DNA of 64,000 nucleotides from Macrostomum lignano (Eukaryota), in contig NIVC01000337.1 in NCBI GenBank assembly GCA_002269645.1, forward strand, positions 434,001-498,000, written 5' to 3'. Below the pieces are notes generated by a model. It did no database searches. It saw nothing but the letters and a program-made list of their open reading frames with translations, and was not told where the DNA came from. The stretch's first letter is position 1; each line of letters begins with the position of its first letter. Positions 46,201 through 56,299 of this stretch are shown piece by piece. A program made the position numbers and the translations under genes.

Positions 46201-47672
46201 TGTACGACACCTGGGGAAGGTGGAGTTGGCGCTGGGTGAGGAACCAGGACGTGTACAACACCTGGGGAGGGTGGGGTTGGCGCTGGGTGAGGAAACGGGA
46301 CGTGTACGACACCTGGGGAAGGTGGGGTTGGCGCTGGGTGAGGAACCAGGACGTGTACGACACCTGGGCAGGGTGGGGTTGGCGCTGGGTGAGGAACCAG
46401 GACGTGTACGACACCTGGGCAGGGTGGGGTTGGCGCTGGGTGAGGAACCAGGACGTGTACGACACCTGGGCAGGGTGGGGTTGGCGCTGGGTGAGGAACC
46501 AGGACGTGTACGACTCCTGGGGAGGGTGGGGTTGATGTCGAGTCGGGAACCAGGTGGTGGACAACTGGGGAGAGTCGGGAACCAGGTGGTGGACAACTAA
46601 GGGAGAGTCGGGAACCAGGTGGTGGACAACTGGGGAGAGTCGGGAACCAGGTGGTGGACAACTAAGGGAGAGTCGGGAACCAGGTGGTGGACAACTGGGG
46701 GAGAGTCGGGAACCAGGTAGTGGACAACTGGGGGAGAGTCGGGAACCAGGTAGTGGACAACTGGGGGAGAGTCGGGAACCAAGTGGTGGACAACTGGGGG
46801 AGAGTCGGGAACATTCAGGTGGTGGACAACAGTCAGAAACCAGTGAGGTTCAGCAGCCTCAGGAAACCAAAAAAGGGAAACGCTTCTTAGCGCACCTGCG
46901 CATTGGTGAAGACCCTGAAGATGTACAAATCAGCGTCGGGCGCGAAGCCCAGACAGTCGCGGTAGCTGGCGATGACGCCGGCCACGAATGTGCCGTGGCC
47001 GAGGCCGTCGTCCAGTGTCTTCTCGTTTGTCCAATTGCTGCGCTCCTTGACTCGGCCGCGCTTGAAGTGCCCGTGTCCGGCCGCCAGGCCGGTGTCGAAG
47101 ACGGACACCCGGACGCCGCGGCCGGAGAAGCCGACGCTCCACAGCACGTCGGCCTGCAGCGCCGAGGTGATTTGAGTGGGTGCCGGACGGACCCCGGCGC
47201 CGAGGCCGCCGCTGACGATCGGCGCGTGGCTGAAGCTTCGCCGACTGTGCCAGCGCGGCAGTTCGACGTCCTCGTCGGCGAGGCCGAAGCCGTGCAGAGT
47301 CCGCGTGACTCGGCGCTGCGGCGTCACGGAGCGAACGGCGTCGCTGGCCAGCAGGCGCCGGGTGGCCTCGGCGGTGAGCGCCGGCGTACAGTTGAAGGCC
47401 AGGCGGAGCAGGTCAAAGTCGCTGGGGTGCTGGGCGGCAGGATTGTCACGTCGGACGGCGCGCCAGGCGCAGGGCAGACCGGCCAGGGCGCCGGAGAGCA
47501 GGCAGGCGCGGGCCTCGTTGCCATGGTAACCGGCGTAGCGGACTATGTACTCGCGCGGCACGGTTTCGGTGGAGAATTCGTAGCGCAGCTCAGAGTCGGT
47601 CTGGTTGCCGCCGCACGCGTAGATCCCTGTTGCCATGGCAACGCACAGCAGGGAGCACAGCGTGAGACGCAT
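34220..47672 (-). CDS. MBTPS1: Membrane-bound transcription factor site-1 protease (S1P/SKI-1, subtilase S8), ~1049 aa. Exons 47672-46896, 46108-45383, 44654-44211, 43570-43151, 35002-34220
   Basis: Signal peptide [14 protein letters not shown]. Catalytic D (VFDTG), H (GHGTFVAG), oxyanion N (GNDG) and S (GTSVASP). Also [46 protein letters not shown] and GDSNC, then a C-terminal TM helix and basic tail. All introns are phase 0 GT-AG; exons total 3150 nt. Confidence 0.97.
35028..35679. repeat. 31 bp minisatellite (AAAATCTCACCCCAATGAAACTAAAGGATTC), left part, in MBTPS1 intron 4
   Basis: About 21 copies; continues at 42824. Confidence 0.96.
35680..37955 (-). mobile_element. Helitron-like non-autonomous element A carrying internal minisatellites (GATAGCAAGCATCC-type at 35960-36345; 24 bp AGTGCAATAATCCTTGGTTTATCA at 36480-37270)
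   Basis: On the minus strand it starts TCCATATACTAAAA followed by a TG microsatellite, and ends with a CCCCGAAGGGG hairpin then ...GATTGCTAG. No TSD. About 600 bp of the 5' subterminal region is shared with element B. Confidence 0.6.
37956..40694 (-). mobile_element. Helitron-like non-autonomous element B carrying a ~22 bp minisatellite (CATGACGCTTCTATGATTTTTA, 38980-40085) and a (CCCTAA)n tract
   Basis: 3' end CCCCAACGGGG hairpin plus GATTGCTAG, like element A. 40100-40690 is homologous to 37330-37950. Joined to A as CTAG|TC. Confidence 0.58.
40695..42823 (-). mobile_element. Helitron-like non-autonomous element C with a CT/GA tract and reiterated 5' ends; 40695-42619 is an inverted copy of 60757-62681
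   Basis: Minus-strand 5' end TCCTAATACTAAAACCGACGCG plus (TGTC)n; 3' end CCTCC-ATC-GGAGG hairpin then AGTTGGCCTCG. Identical ORF translations in both copies with a constant coordinate sum of 103376. Confidence 0.65.
42824..43078. repeat. 31 bp minisatellite, right part of the array split at 35679
   Basis: Joining 35679 to 42824 restores one exact unit, GGATTCAA|AATCTCACC. Confidence 0.95.
43601..44037. mobile_element. Foldback/MITE-like palindrome in MBTPS1 intron 3
   Basis: 43601-~43760 is the reverse complement of ~43850-44037 (GTGGTGGGATTACGA..TTCGAGATTAAGTGAT..GGGGATTTATTCGGTC), with inner GGGATCTCAATCAGT repeats in both orientations. Confidence 0.7.
44790..45290. repeat. MBTPS1 intron 2 minisatellite, 21 bp unit (CCTCAGTAGCTTCTCCCGYTG)
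   Basis: Tandem copies; source of the ASVASPA and LIDREKL ORFs. Confidence 0.95.
46089..46535 (-). repeat. 51 bp minisatellite, 9 copies, consisting of the MBTPS1 intron 1 acceptor plus the start of exon 2
   Basis: Minus-strand unit CACCCAGCGCCAACCCCACCCTCCCCAG|GTGTCGTACACGTCCTGGTTCCT encodes [17 protein letters not shown] (17 aa). Confidence 0.95.
46540..46830. repeat. MBTPS1 intron 1 minisatellite, 32-33 bp unit (GAGTCGGGAACCAGGTGGTGGACAACTGGGGA)
   Basis: About 9 copies. Confidence 0.93.
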
Positions 47673-48198
47673 GCCGCCCAGTCGCCGAGTCTCTAGGGGC
47701 GAGCGCGCAGGGAAACATGAAGGAAGCGCGTCATGACTCAGGAACAAAATTTCTTTAGTAGCTACCCTAGCAATAGCAACCAACGATATTTCTAGCTCGA
47801 AAAGGTAACTATTTGTAACAGGGAGGCCTATGTCTAGTTAAAAAAAAACAAATAATAAGAACATCAACAGTAGGAAACGATACAGAACGCACAGAAACAT
47901 TGTATATTTAACTGATGAAAAATGCTTCGATATAAACGCTGTTTTCGATGACAACCGCAGTTCCTAGGCAGGCATAGAAATCGTCCGAGCAACGGCAACA
48001 CAGGTAAAGTAGGAAAGAATTGACTCTGGACAACTCTAAAACAACGAGATGTCACGGTACAAGTCGCCAAAGAGTTGTTTAAGAGTCAATTCGAGGCGTT
48101 TTATTGTCTGCGACTGAGTCACAAGAGTCGCCCCTTAAATCACTAAATGAGTTCTTTGCAATTACTCTTTAGCGATCCCTCCCGTTGGAAAAGTTATG

Positions 48199-48652
48199 CA
48201 CCTGCAGAGGCATAAAAGGTGAACGAGGTGCACAAAAGAGGCACTTTAGTGGCCTATTTCGTGTGTGTTTTGGAAATGCACCTGAGTACACCTTTTATGC
48301 CTAAATGTCACCAATATTTTTGAAAAGAGGCATGAAAGGTGTAAAATCGGTGAAGTGGTCAGACAGTAGGTGAATTCTCAATTTTGATTGGTTGCGGCGG
48401 TAGGGGCAGTAAAGGTGTATAAGGGGCACTGGAGGTGCGCAAAAGGTGAAGAGTAGGCTCACAAGTGAGGCACATCAGGTGCATGGGAGGTGCTGAAGGG
48501 GCGCAGAAAGCGCATGAAAGGTGAATTAGAGGTGCATAAGGTGTACATGTGCGTAAATATGTATACAGGTGCATTTCCAAAACACGCTCGAAATTATAGA
48601 CCCCTAAAGTGCCTCTTCTGTGCACCTCGCTCACCTTCCATGCCTATGCACG
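48199..48652. mobile_element. MITE-like palindrome with ~95 bp arms; a related second palindrome lies at ~48904-49220
   Basis: 48199-48292 (GAGGTGCACAAAAGAGGCACTTTAG..GTGTTTTGGAAATGCACCTG) is the reverse complement of 48562-48652. Confidence 0.6.
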
Positions 48653-50369
48653 AATTAATGCAATAATTCGTAACAAAAAATTAACTGAGAGTTACATATG
48701 TGCTAATCGCTGCTATCTCCTTCCTAATCCAGACAAACCACGAAAAAAACATTTCCTGTACTGATAAGTTTTAATGACTTTCAAATACTCAGGAAAAGCT
48801 CCGAAAAGTGATGAAAAGGTTTGCATTAGTGAGGAAAAGTTTCGAATAGTGAGAAAAGGTAGCAAAGAACTTCGCCAGTTGAAACTTTAACGCCCCTTGC
48901 ATTGCCTCTACGCCTAAAGTGCCCACTGTGCACCTTTTATTCACCTTTCGTGCCTCCAGTGCACACTGTACACCTTTTCTGCACCTCCACCGCAGCGCAC
49001 CTTTTTTTCACCTTTCACTCCTCCAATGTCCCCAATTCCTACTTTGTTCACCTTTTGTGCCTCCAATGCACACTGTGCACCTTTTATGCACCTAACTCAC
49101 CTATGACACCTGTGCCCCTACCGCCTATTTCGTGCCTTAAATTCACCTTCCGCCCCTGCAGAGGCACTCAGGTGAACAAAAGGTGCACAAGTGGCACAAA
49201 AAAGGCATAGGAGAGGCGAAAGTGAGGCAGAAGGTGCAAAAATCTTCACCTTTCATGCCTACTTTAAAAACTCAAAATCCAACGGGCCTGTAACGTTTTC
49301 AATGGGTTTACTAGTAAGCAACTTCTCATATAGTAGTACGAGTACATTACAGAATATTAACAAAACAGACAACAAAAACGCAAACAACTGTTGTAACAAG
49401 TAAAGATTATACAACCAGATAGTGAAGTGTGCACAGCTTGCACATCCGTTACTTAACACCAGATACTGAGATAATGAAACACGTCAAAAAAGTTACATTT
49501 GAAGGCTCAGTTTTTGTTTTGAAATGCATTAGCAACACAGGATCGTCAATAAGATTTCGACAGAGATTTATGCAGTTTAAAGCCTATTATTTCTACTGTT
49601 AGTAGTGTATTGAATTTTTATTAGTTGCAATTATTTACCGTATTTTACTTATTTCTACTCAGCAGTAGTACAGAAAATAAATTTAAATTTAAATTTCTGC
49701 TGTTTTTACCGTAAGTAGAGTGTCAAGAAAATGCAATGCATTGTAAAATGTGTATTCATCTATCTTAAATGACCGAGCATACAGTTTATTTTTATATTTG
49801 TACTTTGTTGCGGTCTAACCTAACTCTGACATCTCTGCCACATGCGGCCCGCGAAGTCTCTCTATCCGGTCCTTGGTTCCTTTGAAACTACACAATAGCA
49901 ACCCCGCCCGCTTCAGGTCTCTTCTCAGCTCTCTTACCTGCTTTCTTCCCTATTCTCATTTCTTCTCTCCTTTTATCTCTTATCCTGTCAGCCTTTGTTT
50001 CTCCTTTCTCTTCTTTCCTCTTCTATCTCCTTTATTCCCTTTCTTCTCTCTGGCTCTCAGTCATTAGTTAGGTCTATGAGGTTATTTGGCTCATGAGGTA
50101 AAAAGTTTTCCGACCCCCGGATCTATGGATATAGCAATAGAACAAATCTGTTTAAAGAACATGAAGTACTTTATAACATTAATTTGCAGGCATCCCTACT
50201 AGCAGTCAGACACAAACCTGGCATTCCATCAATTGCGTCATATATAATGCTAATTTATATGGATAAGTACCATTATATATGTGACTACGTCCCTACATTA
50301 CTAGTCTTTATAGTAGGCCCTTTGGCTATACACAAGACTTGATTGCGCTACAACTATGAGGATATTTTA

Positions 50370-51191
50370 CTTCGGGTGTGTCATAAGTGATGTCACTGCA
50401 GGCCTCTGTCTAAAATATGTAGGCACATGGACTTGTGGGTTAGTGTAGCTGCAAAGTATACTTAGTGAAGAAATAGCAGTGCATTTGAGACGTGCATAGG
50501 TTGTTTATGGCCCAAGCTATCGCAAGAATACGCCAAGCAGATTTAGCAAGTGCAACGCGATGAAAACTCGTCTATGCAGCGAACAAAAATAACCATGAAT
50601 CTCGACAAGACGCCTGCACCTAGCAGATCCGCAAGGTGTTCAGCAGCCGGGGCTTGAATGACATCCTAAACTGCCTGGTTGCTGAGGATGAAAGCTGGCT
50701 CCACCTGGATGGCAAGGGCAGCAAGGCAGACAACCGCTGCTGGCTGGGAGCTGGGGTCTGCTGCCGACCGTGACCACGAGGTCCGTCTCGGACAAGAAGA
50801 CCATGCTGCTGGTGGCCTCTACACCAAACAAAGATGTCTCATCGAGGGTCAAACGTCACCTGCTACCTGCACGGCGAGTGAATCTGCTCTGACAGAGTCC
50901 CTACAGCCCGGACCTCAACTTGTGCGACAGATTTCTGTTCAAATGGCTGAAGGCTGACTTTTCCAAGAAGAGTTTCGCAAATCATGAAGAGGTCAAACAG
51001 GCCGCGTTGCACTGGTTATGGCTGTTGGATTAAAAACAACTGCAGGCTGAGGTGGACAAGCTGTATGAGCACTGCCAGAGAGTGATTGATATTGGGGGAC
51101 TCTATATTGTTGAGTGGTACAGTTTTGTTCATCTGCGATTGCAAGTTCGTCTGTTTTCACATCAGTGACATAACTTTTGACACACCCGAAG
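50370..51191 (+). mobile_element. Internally deleted mariner (Tc1/mariner) element, 822 bp, with a transposase pseudogene
   Basis: 29 bp TIRs (CTTCGGGTGTGTCAWAAGTKATGTCACTG, 27/29 match) flanked by TA on both sides. Remnants LVAEDESWLH (first catalytic D region) and PYSPDLNLCDRFLF (YSPDL motif) with in-frame stops. Confidence 0.9.
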
Positions 51192-51308
51192 TATTACTGC
51201 AGAGAAGAGCCAAGGCAAATCTGGACAGCCATTCCGGCTCAAACGGAAGACCCCACCGGACATGCTTTTGGAACCGAGACTAAATGTTAGCCTGCACTGC
51301 CTAGTGCG

Positions 51309-54300
51309 CTAATTTCGATTCAAGTAGAACCGAATCACCAGGCAGTGCATGCAAATGAAAAGTCGGCACACCTGGGCCGCGTCATCGAGTCCTTCTATGA
51401 TGCAGTTCTGGCTAAGGTCTTTTAAATTCGTACTCACCCTGCCCACGTAAATGGACAGGGTGCGCGCAGACTCCTCCAGCTTGGCCCGCCGTTCGAGGAT
51501 CGGGTGCTGGTTGTAATGTCTGGCCGCCCTGATGCAGCTGCAGATGTCGGCGCAGGCATCCGCGCCGTCTTCGTAGCCCTGCACGGTTGGGAAAGTTGAT
51601 CAATGAACACTTAACTTCTGTATTTGTCCTACTAGCAATTAGACAAATGTGTTTTTATTGCGCGATTCTAAGAAGCAAAAATCGAATTGTGATTCTAAGA
51701 AACCAAATATCTACAAATGTAATTCTAAGAAACCTAATATCTACAAATGTGATTCTAAGAAACCAAAGATCTACAAATGTGATACTAAGAAACCAAATAT
51801 CTACAAATGTGATTTTAAGAAACCAAATATCTACAAATGTAGTTTTAGGAAAACCAAATATCTACTAATGTAATTCTAAGAAACCAAAAATCTACTAATG
51901 TGATTCTAAGAAACCAAATTATCTACTAATGTAATTCTAAGAAACCAAATATCCACTAATGTTATTCTAAGAAACCAAATATCTACAAATGTGATTCTAA
52001 GAAACTGAATATCTACAAATGTGATTCTAAGAAACTGAATATCTACAAATGTAATTCTAAGAAACTGAATATCTACAAATGTGATTCTAAGAAACCAAAT
52101 ATCTACAAATGTAATTCTAAGAAACCAAATATCTACAAATGTGATTTTAAGAAACCAAATATCTACAAATGTAATTTTAAGAAACCAAATATCTACTAAT
52201 GTAATTCTAAGTAACTGAATATCTACAAATGTGATTCTAAGAAACTGAATATCTACTAATGTGATTCTAAGAAACTGAATATCTACAAATGTGATACTAA
52301 GAAACCAAATATCTACAAATGTGATTTTAAGAAACCAAATATCTACAAATGTAATTTTAAGAAACCAAATATCTACAAATGTAATTGTAAGAAACCAAAT
52401 ATCTACAAATGTGATACTAAGAAACCAAATATCTACAAATGTGATTTTAAGAAACCAAATATCTACAAATGTGATTTTAAGAAACCAAATATCTACAAAT
52501 GTAGTTTTAGGAAAACCAAATATCTACTAATGTAATTCTAAGAAACCAAAAATCTACTAATGTGATTCTAAGAAACCAAATTATCTACTAATGTTATTCT
52601 AAGAAACTAAATATCTACTAATGTGATACTAAGAAACTGAAAATCTACAAATGTGATTCTAAGAAACTGAATATCTACAAATGTGATTCTAAGAAACTGA
52701 ATATCTACAAATGTGATTCTAAGAAACCAAATATCTACAAATGTAATTCTAAGAAACTGAATATCTACAAATGTGATTTTAAGAAACCAAATATCTACAA
52801 ATGTAATTTTAAGAAACCAAATATCTACTAATGTAATTCTAAGTAACTGAATATCTACAAATGTGATTCTAAGAAACTGAATATCTACAAATGTGATTCT
52901 AAGAAACTGAATATCTACAAATATGATTCTAAGAAACTGAATATCTACTAATGTGATTCTAAGAAACTGAATATCTACAAATGTGATTATAAGAAACTGA
53001 ATATCTACTAATGTGAGTCTAAGAAACTGAATATCTACTAATGTGATTCTAAGAAACTGAATATCTACAAATGTGATTCTAAGAAACTGAATATCTACAA
53101 ATGTGATTATAAGAAACTGAATATCTACTAATGTGAGTCTAAGAAACTGAATATCTACAAATGTGATTCTAAGAAACTGAATATCTACAAATGTGATTCT
53201 AAGAAACCAAATATCTACAAATGTAATTGTAAGAAACCTAATATCTACAAATGTGATTTTAAGGAACCAAATATCTACAAATGTAATTTTAAGAAACCAA
53301 ATATCTACTAATGTAATTCTAAGTAACTGAATATCTACAAATGTGATTCTAAGAAACCAAATTATCTACTAATGTGATTCTAAGAAACTGAATATCTACA
53401 AATATGATTCTAAGAAACTGAATATCTACAAATGTGATTCTAAGAAACTGAATATCTACAAATATGATTCTAAGAAACTGAATATCTACAAATGTGATTC
53501 TAAGAAACCAAATATCTACAAATGTAATTGTAAGAAACCTAATATCTACAAATGTGATTTTAAGGAACCAAATATCTACAAATGTAATTTTAAGAAACCA
53601 AATATCTACTAATGTAATTCTAAGTAACTGAATATCTACAAATGTGATTCTAAGAAACTGAATATCTACAAATGTGATTCTAAGAAACTGAATATCTACA
53701 AATATGATTCTAAGAAACTGAATATCTACAAATGTGATTCTAAGAAACTGAAAATCTACAAATGTGATTCTAAGAAACTGAATATCTACAAATGTGATTC
53801 TAAGAAACTGAATATCTACAAATGTGATTCTAAGAAACTGAATATCTAAAAATGTGATTCTAAGAAACCAAATATCTACTAATGTGATTCTAAGAAACCA
53901 AATATCTACAAATGTGATACTAAGAAACCAAATATCTACAAATGTGATTTTAAGAAACCAAATATCTACAAATGTAATTTTAAGAAACCAAATATCTACT
54001 AATGTAATTCTAAGTAACTAAATATCTACAAATGTGATTCTAAGAAACTGAATATCTACAAATGTGTTTCTAAGAAACCAAATATCTACAAATGTAGTTT
54101 TAGGAAAACCAAATATCTACCAATGTAATTCTTAGAAACCAAAAATCTAGTAATGTGATTCTAAGAAACCAAATTATCTACTAATGTAATTCTAAGAAAC
54201 CAAATATCCACTAATGTTATTCTAAGAAACTGAATATCTAAAAATGTGATTCTAAGAAACCAAATATCTACTAATGTGATTCTAAGAAACCAAATATCTA

Positions 54301-55244
54301 CAAATGTGATTCTAAGAAACTGAATATCTACAAATGTGATTCTAATAAACCAAATATCTACAAATGTGATTCTAAGAAACCAAATATCTTCTAATATGAT
54401 TCTAAGAAACCAAGTATCTACTAATGTGATTCTATATAACCCAATAAAGTAGATGTCATTAAGCAATCAATTTAATCACCTGAGCATTGGGACGCAGCAG
54501 CTGAACGGACAAAGCGAACAGCCTGCCAGCCAGGTGCGACGGTGCGAGCTCAGCTCCGGCCCGACGCGCCACATCTTCGCCGAGCTGAAAGATCAGCTCG
54601 ATCTGGCGGCCGATCGACAATTGTCTATTGTCCAAGTGCTCAGCCAGCACCACGGCGGCATCGAACACCCGCGTGGCATAGGACGGCACAGCACTGCCAG
54701 ACTCGCCAGCCGCCAGGAACTCCTGGTAGATGGCGGCGAGGCTGGCAAACTGCTCGCTAGCTGGGTAGTTCAGATACCCGTCGTGGTGCAGCGGCAGCCG
54801 GCGAGTCAGGTCGGGCTTGAGCTCGACCACTGGCAGAAGCTGGCTGCAGGGCTCGTTTGTCAGATCAACGCTGCTAGGCAGCGACTCGGGCGATTGTCGC
54901 GCGCGCTTCAGGGACGGGCCCGGCTGTCGCTGACGTAGGGCACTATTGGCCGATGGAGAGACAGAGGCGGCTGCAGCAGAGCTGCCGGCGGGCCAACCTG
55001 GAGGCTGCTGTTGGCGGCTCGTCAGAACATTTCTGAGGTCACCAGCCGCCAGGTCACTACCAGCTTGAGCTTGGTGGCACAAGCGGATGTGGTCGGCCAG
55101 CTCAGAAAAATTCCAAAATTTAAATTCGCTGCACTCGCTGCAGTGCAGCGTGACACGAGTCAGCTCATTAATGAGCGCAGCATCACTTTCACTGTTGTTA
55201 TCAAAAATGAGCTGCAGCTCATCATTAAATTTCGCAAACTTCAT
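51309..55244 (-). CDS. Uncharacterised protein with one C2H2-type zinc finger. Exon 1 is 55244-54480; exon 2 starts at 51578 and ends either at the donor at 51438 or reads through to the stop at 51309
   Basis: GC-rich non-repetitive ORF with CSECSEFKFWNFSELADHIRLCH. Donor CAG|GTGATT and acceptor TGCAG|GGC are both phase 0. The 3' end is uncertain. Confidence 0.65.
51690..54435. repeat. AT-rich minisatellite, ~30 bp unit (AAATGTGATTCTAAGAAACCAAATATCTAC), filling almost all of the zinc-finger gene intron
   Basis: About 90 copies with repeated variant blocks. Confidence 0.97.
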
Positions 55245-56075
55245 GGCTGCAGAATTAGCTGAGGGAATGGGTCAGACTGCAGAATTAGCTGAGGGAATGG
55301 GTCAGGCTGCAGAATTAGCTGAGGGAATGGGTCAGGCTGCAGAATTAGCTTAGGGAATAGGTCAGGCTGCAGAATTAGCTAAGGGAATGGGTCAGGCTGC
55401 AGAATTAGCTGAGGGAATGGGTCAGGCTGCAGAATTAGCTTAGGGAATAGGTCAGGCTGCAGAATTAGCTGAGGGAATGGGTCAGGCTGCAGAATTAGCT
55501 GAGGGAATAGGTCAGGCTGCAGAATTAGCTGAGGGAATGGGTCAGGCTGCAGAATTAGCTGAGGGAATGGGTCAGGCTGCAGAATTAGCTGAGGGAATGG
55601 GTCAGGCTGCAGAATTAGCTGAGGGAATGGGTCAGGCTGCAGAATTAGCTGAGGGAATGGGTCAGACTGCAGAATTAGCTGAGGGAATGGGTCAGACTGC
55701 AGAATTAGCTGAGGGAATGGGTCAGGCTGCAGAATTAGCTGAGGGAATGGGTCAGGCTGCAGAATTAGCTGAGGGAATGGGTCAGAATGCAGAATTAGCT
55801 GAGGGAATGGGTCAGGCTGCAGAATTAGCTGAGGGAATGGGTCAGGCTGCAGAATTAGCTGAGGGAATGGGTCAGGCTGCAGAATTAGCTGATTGAATGG
55901 GTCAGGCTGCAGAATTAGCTGAGGGAATGGGTCAGAATGCAGAATTAGCTGAGGGAATGGGTCAGGCTGCAGAATTAGCTGAGGGAATAGGTCAGGCTGC
56001 AGAATTAGCTGAGGGAATGGGTCAGACTGCAGAATAGCTGAGGGAATAGGTCAGACTACAGAATTTGCTGAGGGA
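55245..56075 (-). repeat. 30 bp minisatellite (minus strand TGACCCATTCCCTCAGCTAATTCTGCAGCC) ending exactly at the ATG of the zinc-finger gene
   Basis: About 27 copies; the last reads CTAATTCTGCAG|CCATG. Confidence 0.96.
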
Positions 56076-56243
56076 ATGAGTGAGACTACAAAGCAAAATA
56101 TAAATTTTGATAAATTTCTTTAAGATTTTTGATAAATTGAAAAATTATAGATTTTTTACTTTGTTTTTGAATTTTGGATATGTTATAAAAGTTATATATT
56201 CAATTAAAACAAAGCCATAGCTAATATAATTTTAAAGGTTTTA

Positions 56244-56266
56244 TCTCTACCTATAAAAATCAAAAC

Positions 56267-56299
<33 letters not shown>

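Noticed and set aside
55477-55896. 139 aa MGQAAELAEG repeat ORF
   Set aside because: Antisense reading of the 30 bp array; a stop-free frame is expected for a unit length divisible by 3.
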